A stretch of 64,000 bases of DNA from Candidatus Nitrospinota bacterium M3_3B_026 (GTDB lineage: Bacteria > Nitrospinota_A > UBA7883 > JBPRGF01), in assembly GCA_051418015.1 (NCBI GenBank), contig JBPRGF010000019.1, positions 31,408-95,407 of the forward strand, read 5' to 3'. Positions 58,751-64,000 of the stretch are shown in pieces. The number at the start of each line of letters is the position of its first letter. Positions within the stretch are counted from its first letter, which is position 1. Position numbers and translations under genes: made by a program. The notes beneath the pieces were generated by a model, which saw only the letters and a program-made list of their open reading frames with translations, searched no databases and was not told the origin of the DNA.

Positions 58751-60334
58751 ATGCAGCGCGGTTTTCTTTTTGACGGGATATTCATATTCACGGCCCTGCT
58801 CGCCTCGTTGTTCATGATCCTCGCCTCCTGTAGCGGCGGAGGCGGCTCCGGCGGCTCTACGGACAACACCGCCGACCCGGACAAGATATATTACGGCGGT
58901 TCGGTGAACGGCGGCGGCGATATCGGGGTGGCGGTCACCAGGGGTGACGTGTCGGAGGCCATCACCTTCGAGGGACACACGGACGGCGCTGGGAACATAG
59001 ACAGGGTCGACGGAGTGGTATACGCCAACAAGGATACCGGCGGAACGCTGACGATATACTACGGGTCCGACCTGCGTCCCAGCAGGGTGGTGGACTCCGT
59101 CTCCGGCGTCACCTTCGAGCTGGGCGAATACGCCGACGGGGCGGTGACCGCAACGATCAAGGACGCCAAAGGGACGGTCCTGGCGGACAACTACCGGATG
59201 GAAATGGACGCGGCGGCGTTCAACTATTTCGCCGACGCGAAGGCCGCCGCCCGCGCCGGGGCGCCGAGCGCGCTGACGGACTCCGAGGCGTACGCCGTGA
59301 ACGTCACCTCCGCCGGAGCCGGGGTGGCCGCCGGGGCCGTGGCCTGCGGGGCTTCCATTGTCGCCACGGGTGGTACGGCGGGGGCCGCCATGCCGGTGGC
59401 GGTGGCGGCCTGCGGCGGTTACGTGGTGTCGGTGATCTCGGCCTCCTGCACGGTGGCGGAGGCGCAAGGCGGCCTGTGCGACGCCATGGTGAAGGTGGAC
59501 GGCATCGTCATGACCGTAAACTGCGCTGGCGGGTCCGCGGTGGACTGCGTCCTGCTCGCCGGAAATGTGGTAATGGCAAGCGTTACGGAGACAAAGAACG
59601 AATCAGGCGACAACTACGCCACCTCGTATTCCCTGAAGTTTTCCATGTGGGAGGAATATTATGAACACAGCACCGGCGGATGCCTCCCCGGCGCCCCGTT
59701 ATACGCCTGCCCGAGACTCGATGGCGAGACGACGGTCCCTCTCGAGCTGACCGGCGAGCCCGTCTCCGACGGAGAAGGAACGCGGTACGTGATCCTCGAA
59801 GGAGAGGTCTGGACATCCGCCGCCGTCTCTGTGAGTTATCCATCGCTCTACAATCTTACTAATTCCAGCGGCGCGTGCTCCGCCACCTGCGACATCCCCT
59901 CCACGGTTGACCTGGACCTTATGTTCGGCGTGAACATATACGTCGATGAAAAGACGAACGAGGTGACCGGCGCCGACGTCGTGTTGGAACGCATCGCCCC
60001 AGCCGGCTCGGAGGCGGGAAGCTGCACGCTTTCATGTCCGAATGGTACCGTCGTGGAGAATTTTCCCTATGGTCCGCTCCTCCTCTGGGTGTGGGGCGCG
60101 GCTGGAGGGGGTGGTTGTTCCGCCGTGGGTCCGGAGGTGGTGTTGAAAGACCTTCAAACCGGCGGAGAATACGGGGTCGTGGCGGCCGGAAGCTACCAGA
60201 GAGCCGTCATGTGCCAGGGCCTGCTGGCCGGCGGGATGGGTTACGATGTCGAGGTGACCAGGAGTTATATTCCCCAGGAGGACGTGGACACGGAGACCCC
60301 CTGTTATCCGGGGTCGCCTTCCTCCTGCTGGTGA
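58751..60334 (+). CDS. Hypothetical cysteine-rich lipoprotein
   Basis: Lipobox LASC-SGGGG; 527-aa ORF; no recognised family. Confidence 0.62.
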   Translation: MQRGFLFDGIFIFTALLASLFMILASCSGGGGSGGSTDNTADPDKIYYGGSVNGGGDIGVAVTRGDVSEAITFEGHTDGAGNIDRVDGVVYANKDTGGTLTIYYGSDLRPSRVVDSVSGVTFELGEYADGAVTATIKDAKGTVLADNYRMEMDAAAFNYFADAKAAARAGAPSALTDSEAYAVNVTSAGAGVAAGAVACGASIVATGGTAGAAMPVAVAACGGYVVSVISASCTVAEAQGGLCDAMVKVDGIVMTVNCAGGSAVDCVLLAGNVVMASVTETKNESGDNYATSYSLKFSMWEEYYEHSTGGCLPGAPLYACPRLDGETTVPLELTGEPVSDGEGTRYVILEGEVWTSAAVSVSYPSLYNLTNSSGACSATCDIPSTVDLDLMFGVNIYVDEKTNEVTGADVVLERIAPAGSEAGSCTLSCPNGTVVENFPYGPLLLWVWGAAGGGGCSAVGPEVVLKDLQTGGEYGVVAAGSYQRAVMCQGLLAGGMGYDVEVTRSYIPQEDVDTETPCYPGSPSSCW

Positions 60335-60467
60335 CTTTTCGGCGTCAAGCGGGACCGTGAAAGACGGGCCCCTCCGCCTCGCCCGGGCTTCGGCCCGGCG
60401 CGAGATCGGCGTTCCCCCTTGCAGGGGGAGGGGGACTTTTGGGGGATCGGGCCCGGCGCCTCCTCCC

Positions 60468-60540
60468 TGTCGCCCTGAACTCGTTTCAGGGCCTCGCGCC
60501 ATCGTGGTTTGTCATGCCGAACTCGTTTCAACATGACAAA
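60468..60540. repeat. Two GTC-tagged REP-like palindromes
   Basis: TGTCGCCCTGAACTCGTTTCAGGGC and TTTGTCATGCCGAACTCGTTTCAACATGACAAA share the core GAACTCGTTTC. Confidence 0.65.
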
Positions 60541-60643
60541 CCCAGCAAAGTCCCTGCCCGCCGGGGAGGCGTAGGGGGCGCCGGATGCCGGGTTTTTCTT
60601 TACCCGATTCACCCCGCGTTTTAAAATCCCGCTTTAAAAATTG

Positions 60644-60672
60644 TTGACAGGCCCCGATTATTTCTCTAAACT
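60644..60672 (+). promoter_or_regulatory. sigma70 promoter of the str operon
   Basis: TTGACA-N17-TAAACT. Confidence 0.8.
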
Positions 60673-60751
60673 TTTTCATTTTTTCGATGTTGACGGACGG
60701 CGCTTCCGGCGAACGGAAGGCGGCCGTTTTTTTTAAGGGAGATATATAAAG

Positions 60752-61129
60752 TTGCCGACGATAAACCAACTGGTGAGGAAAGGGCGGAAAAAGGTCGTGA
60801 ACAAGACCAAGAGCCCCGCCCTCACAAGTTGCCCTCAAAAGCGCGGCGTGTGCGTGAGGGTATACACCTCCACGCCCAAGAAGCCAAACTCCGCCCTGCG
60901 GAAGGTGGCCCGGGTGAGGCTTACGAACGGCCACGAGGTGACGACCTACATCCCCGGAGTGGGGCACAACCTGCAGGAGCACGCCATCGTGCTTATCCGC
61001 GGCGGCAGGGTGAAAGACCTTCCCGGCGTGCGCTACCACGTGGTCCGCGGCACGCTGGACACTCTCGGCGTGGAGGCGCGGCGCCAGGGCAGAAGCAAGT
61101 ACGGCGCGAAAAGGCCCAAACAACAGTAG
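60752..61129 (+). CDS. rpsL: 30S ribosomal protein S12
   Basis: [35 protein letters not shown] start. Confidence 0.98.
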   Translation: MPTINQLVRKGRKKVVNKTKSPALTSCPQKRGVCVRVYTSTPKKPNSALRKVARVRLTNGHEVTTYIPGVGHNLQEHAIVLIRGGRVKDLPGVRYHVVRGTLDTLGVEARRQGRSKYGAKRPKQQ

Positions 61130-61150
61130 AAGAACAGGTTCGATTTAAAG

Positions 61151-61621
61151 ATGCCGAGACGACGGGTTATAACCAAAAGAGCCGCCCTGCCGGATCCCAA
61201 GTACAACGACGTCCTTGTGAGCCGGTTCATAAGCGTGGTGATGAAAAGCGGGAAAAAGAGCCTCGCGGAGCGGCTTTTCTACCGAGCGATGGACATCGTG
61301 GGCGAGAAGACGAAAAATGACCCCCTCGATGTTTTCAGGCAGGCCGTGGAGAATGTAAAGCCCTCCCTGGAGGTCAAATCCAGGCGCGTGGGCGGCTCCA
61401 CGTACCAGATCCCGGTGGAGGTCAAGGAGGACAGGAGGGTGGCCCTCTCCATCCGCTGGATCACGGACAGCGCCCGCAAGCGTGGCGAACGCGGTTTTTT
61501 CAACCGTCTGGCCGCGGAGCTGATCGACGCGGCCAACAACTCCGGTACGGCGGTGAAGAAAAAGGAAGACACCCACAAAATGGCGGAGGCCAACAAGGCC
61601 TTCTCCCATTACAGGTGGTAG
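61151..61621 (+). CDS. rpsG: 30S ribosomal protein S7
   Basis: [32 protein letters not shown]. Confidence 0.98.
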   Translation: MPRRRVITKRAALPDPKYNDVLVSRFISVVMKSGKKSLAERLFYRAMDIVGEKTKNDPLDVFRQAVENVKPSLEVKSRRVGGSTYQIPVEVKEDRRVALSIRWITDSARKRGERGFFNRLAAELIDAANNSGTAVKKKEDTHKMAEANKAFSHYRW

Positions 61622-61640
61622 TCCAGGAAGGTTTTTGAAA

Positions 61641-63746
61641 ATGGCTCGCAAGATACCCCTCGACAAGATCCGGAACATCGGGATAATGGCGCACATCGAC
61701 GCCGGGAAGACGACCACCACCGAGCGGGTCCTGTTCTACACGGGCATAACGCACAAGATCGGCGAGGTCCACGAGGGTACCGCCGTCATGGACTACATGG
61801 AGCAGGAGCAGGAGCGCGGCATCACCATAACCTCCGCCGCCACCACCTGTATCTGGAAGGATCACACCGTCAATATAATAGACACCCCCGGCCACGTCGA
61901 TTTCACCGTGGAGGTGGAGCGCTCCCTGCGGGTGCTGGACGGCGCCGTCGGCGTTTTCTGCGCCGTGGGAGGCGTGGAGCCGCAGTCGGAGACGGTGTGG
62001 CGGCAGGCGGACAAGTACAAGGTGCCCCGCATCGCTTTCGTGAACAAGATGGACCGCGTGGGGGCGGACTATTTCGACGTCGTTGGCCAAATAAGGGAAA
62101 AACTGGGGCACAACGCCGTGGCCATGAACATCCCCATAGGCGAGGAGGACAAGTTCACCGGGTTCGTCGACCTGGTCTGCATGAAGGCCGTCATATACAC
62201 CTCCGACGATGTTCTCGGCTCGACATTCAGAACCGAAGAGATTCCCGCCGAACTCAGGGGCAAGGCCGCCGAATACAGGGAAAAGCTGATAGAGGCCGTG
62301 GCGGACGTTGACGACGAGATAATGGAGGCCTACCTCGGAGGAGAGGAGATCAGCGAGGAGAAAATCATAGCCGCCATCAGAAAAGGCGTGCTCTCCATGA
62401 AGCTGATCCCCGTGCTTTGCGGCTCCGCGTTCAAGAACAAGGGCGTGCAGGCGCTGCTGGACGCCGTCGTGAAATACCTCCCCTCGCCCATGGACGTCCC
62501 GCCCATCAAGGGGCTGAAGCCGGGGACCGATGAGGAGGACGAGAGGAAACCCTCCGATGACGAGCCCTTCTCCGCCCTGGCGTTCAAGATAATAACCGAC
62601 CCCTTCGTGGGTCAGCTGGCCTTCTTCCGCGTATACTCCGGCCAGATGGAGGCCGGGTCCTATATCTTCAACAGCACCAAGGGAAAAAAGGAGCGGCTCG
62701 GGCGCATCCTCAAGATGCACGCCAACAAGCGCGAGGAGATAAAATCCGTCAAGACCGGCGATATCGCCGCCGCCGTCGGCCTCAAGGACACGGCCACGGG
62801 GGACACCCTCTGCAACGCGGGCAAGCCGATCCTGCTGGAGTCGATGGAGTTCCCGGAGCCGGTCATCCAGGTGGCCATCGAGCCCAAAACCAAGGCCGAG
62901 CAGGAGAAGCTCTCCGAAGGACTGGCCAAGCTGTCCCGGGAGGACCCGACCTTCAGGGTGAGCACCGACGCCGAAACGGGGCAGACCCTCATCGCCGGGA
63001 TGGGCGAGCTGCACCTGGAAGTCATCGTGGACAGGCTCAAAAGGGAGTTCTCCGTCGACGCCAACGTCTCCAAACCGATGGTGGCCTACCGTGAGACGAT
63101 AAAGAAACCCATGAAGGCCGAGGGCCGTTTCGTCCGGCAGACGGGCGGGCGCGGCCAGTACGGCCACGTGCTTATAGAGCTGGAGCCTTTGCCCGCGGGC
63201 GAGGGGTTCGTGTTCGAGAACAAGATCGTGGGCGGCTCCATCCCCAAGGAATACATCCCCTCGGTGCAAAAGGGCATAGAGGAGGCCATGCAGACCGGCA
63301 TCCTCGCAGGCTACCCCGTCGTGGACTTGAAGGTGAGGCTCTACGACGGGTCCTACCACGAGGTGGACTCGTCCGAGATGGCTTTCAAGATCGCCGGCTC
63401 CATGGCTTTCAAGGACGGGATGAAAAAGGCCTCCCCCATCCTGCTGGAGCCGATCATGGGCGTGGAAGTGGTGACGCCAGAAAGCTACATGGGCGACATC
63501 ATGGGCGACCTTTCGTCGCGCCGTGGAAAGGTGGCCGAGATGTCCGAGCGGGCGAACGCCAAGATCATCAAGGCGAACACCCCGCTGGCGGGCATGTTCG
63601 GGTACGCCACGGACCTAAGGTCCATGTCCCAGGGGAGGGCCTCCTACACCATGAGCTTCTCCCACTACGAGGAGGCCCCGCGCATGGTCGCCGAGGAGAT
63701 AATAGCCAAATACTCCGGCAAGCAGGCCGAGCAGATGGCCTCATAG
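61641..63746 (+). CDS. fusA: Elongation factor G
   Basis: [44 protein letters not shown]. Confidence 0.98.
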   Translation: MARKIPLDKIRNIGIMAHIDAGKTTTTERVLFYTGITHKIGEVHEGTAVMDYMEQEQERGITITSAATTCIWKDHTVNIIDTPGHVDFTVEVERSLRVLDGAVGVFCAVGGVEPQSETVWRQADKYKVPRIAFVNKMDRVGADYFDVVGQIREKLGHNAVAMNIPIGEEDKFTGFVDLVCMKAVIYTSDDVLGSTFRTEEIPAELRGKAAEYREKLIEAVADVDDEIMEAYLGGEEISEEKIIAAIRKGVLSMKLIPVLCGSAFKNKGVQALLDAVVKYLPSPMDVPPIKGLKPGTDEEDERKPSDDEPFSALAFKIITDPFVGQLAFFRVYSGQMEAGSYIFNSTKGKKERLGRILKMHANKREEIKSVKTGDIAAAVGLKDTATGDTLCNAGKPILLESMEFPEPVIQVAIEPKTKAEQEKLSEGLAKLSREDPTFRVSTDAETGQTLIAGMGELHLEVIVDRLKREFSVDANVSKPMVAYRETIKKPMKAEGRFVRQTGGRGQYGHVLIELEPLPAGEGFVFENKIVGGSIPKEYIPSVQKGIEEAMQTGILAGYPVVDLKVRLYDGSYHEVDSSEMAFKIAGSMAFKDGMKKASPILLEPIMGVEVVTPESYMGDIMGDLSSRRGKVAEMSERANAKIIKANTPLAGMFGYATDLRSMSQGRASYTMSFSHYEEAPRMVAEEIIAKYSGKQAEQMAS

Positions 63747-63850
63747 CCGGGAAGGCGCCGGCGGATGGCTGGCGCCGGTGGGACGGGGGCTGGCGCAGCC
63801 CCGGGATTTGTTATAAACTATTCAGTTCTCGCTCGATCGGGAGGTTTTAA

Positions 63851-64000
<150 letters not shown>

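Noticed and set aside
61500..63359. 619-aa minus-strand ORF
   Set aside because: Antisense shadow of fusA

Overview
GC-rich bacterial chromosomal window. The flagellar gene order and flagellin sequence suggest a Nitrospinota/Deltaproteobacteria-like Gram-negative; this is inference only. Left to right: (1) a truncated hook/rod gene divergent from a short flagellin, each with a sigma28-type promoter; (2) HD-GYP regulator, ppx, TPR protein, nucleoside phosphorylase, amidohydrolase and pgi; (3) tusA-dsrE2 sulfur carriers; (4) flgF-G-A-H-I-J-N-K-L-csrA-fliW with no flgM; (5) DASS transporter, porin, two FG-GAP paralogues, acs, nitrilase and a heme-c MCP; (6) a sigma54-type acidic lipoprotein divergent from a FecR-domain protein plus TolC/MacAB; (7) a ~17 kb Mo-nitrogenase cluster (nifHDKENX-fdxB-draG, draT, nifB-nifT-nifV-hesA, nifZ-nifL-like-nifA) followed by an orphan Mu-like repressor/ner pair; (8) a response regulator, a glycosyltransferase, a Cys-rich lipoprotein, and rpsL-rpsG-fusA-tuf. 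The best candidate for an undescribed system is the nif regulatory circuit. A NifA carrying the exact CX11CX19CX4C oxygen-sensing motif is coupled to a NifL-like protein whose FAD-binding PAS signature and H-box His look lost. One NifA enhancer lies between divergent sigma54 promoters for nifH and nifZLA. draT is split from draG, inverted, and has its start abutting tandem NifA sites. I saw no CRISPR array, tRNA or rRNA. All calls are by motif recognition; no searches were run.
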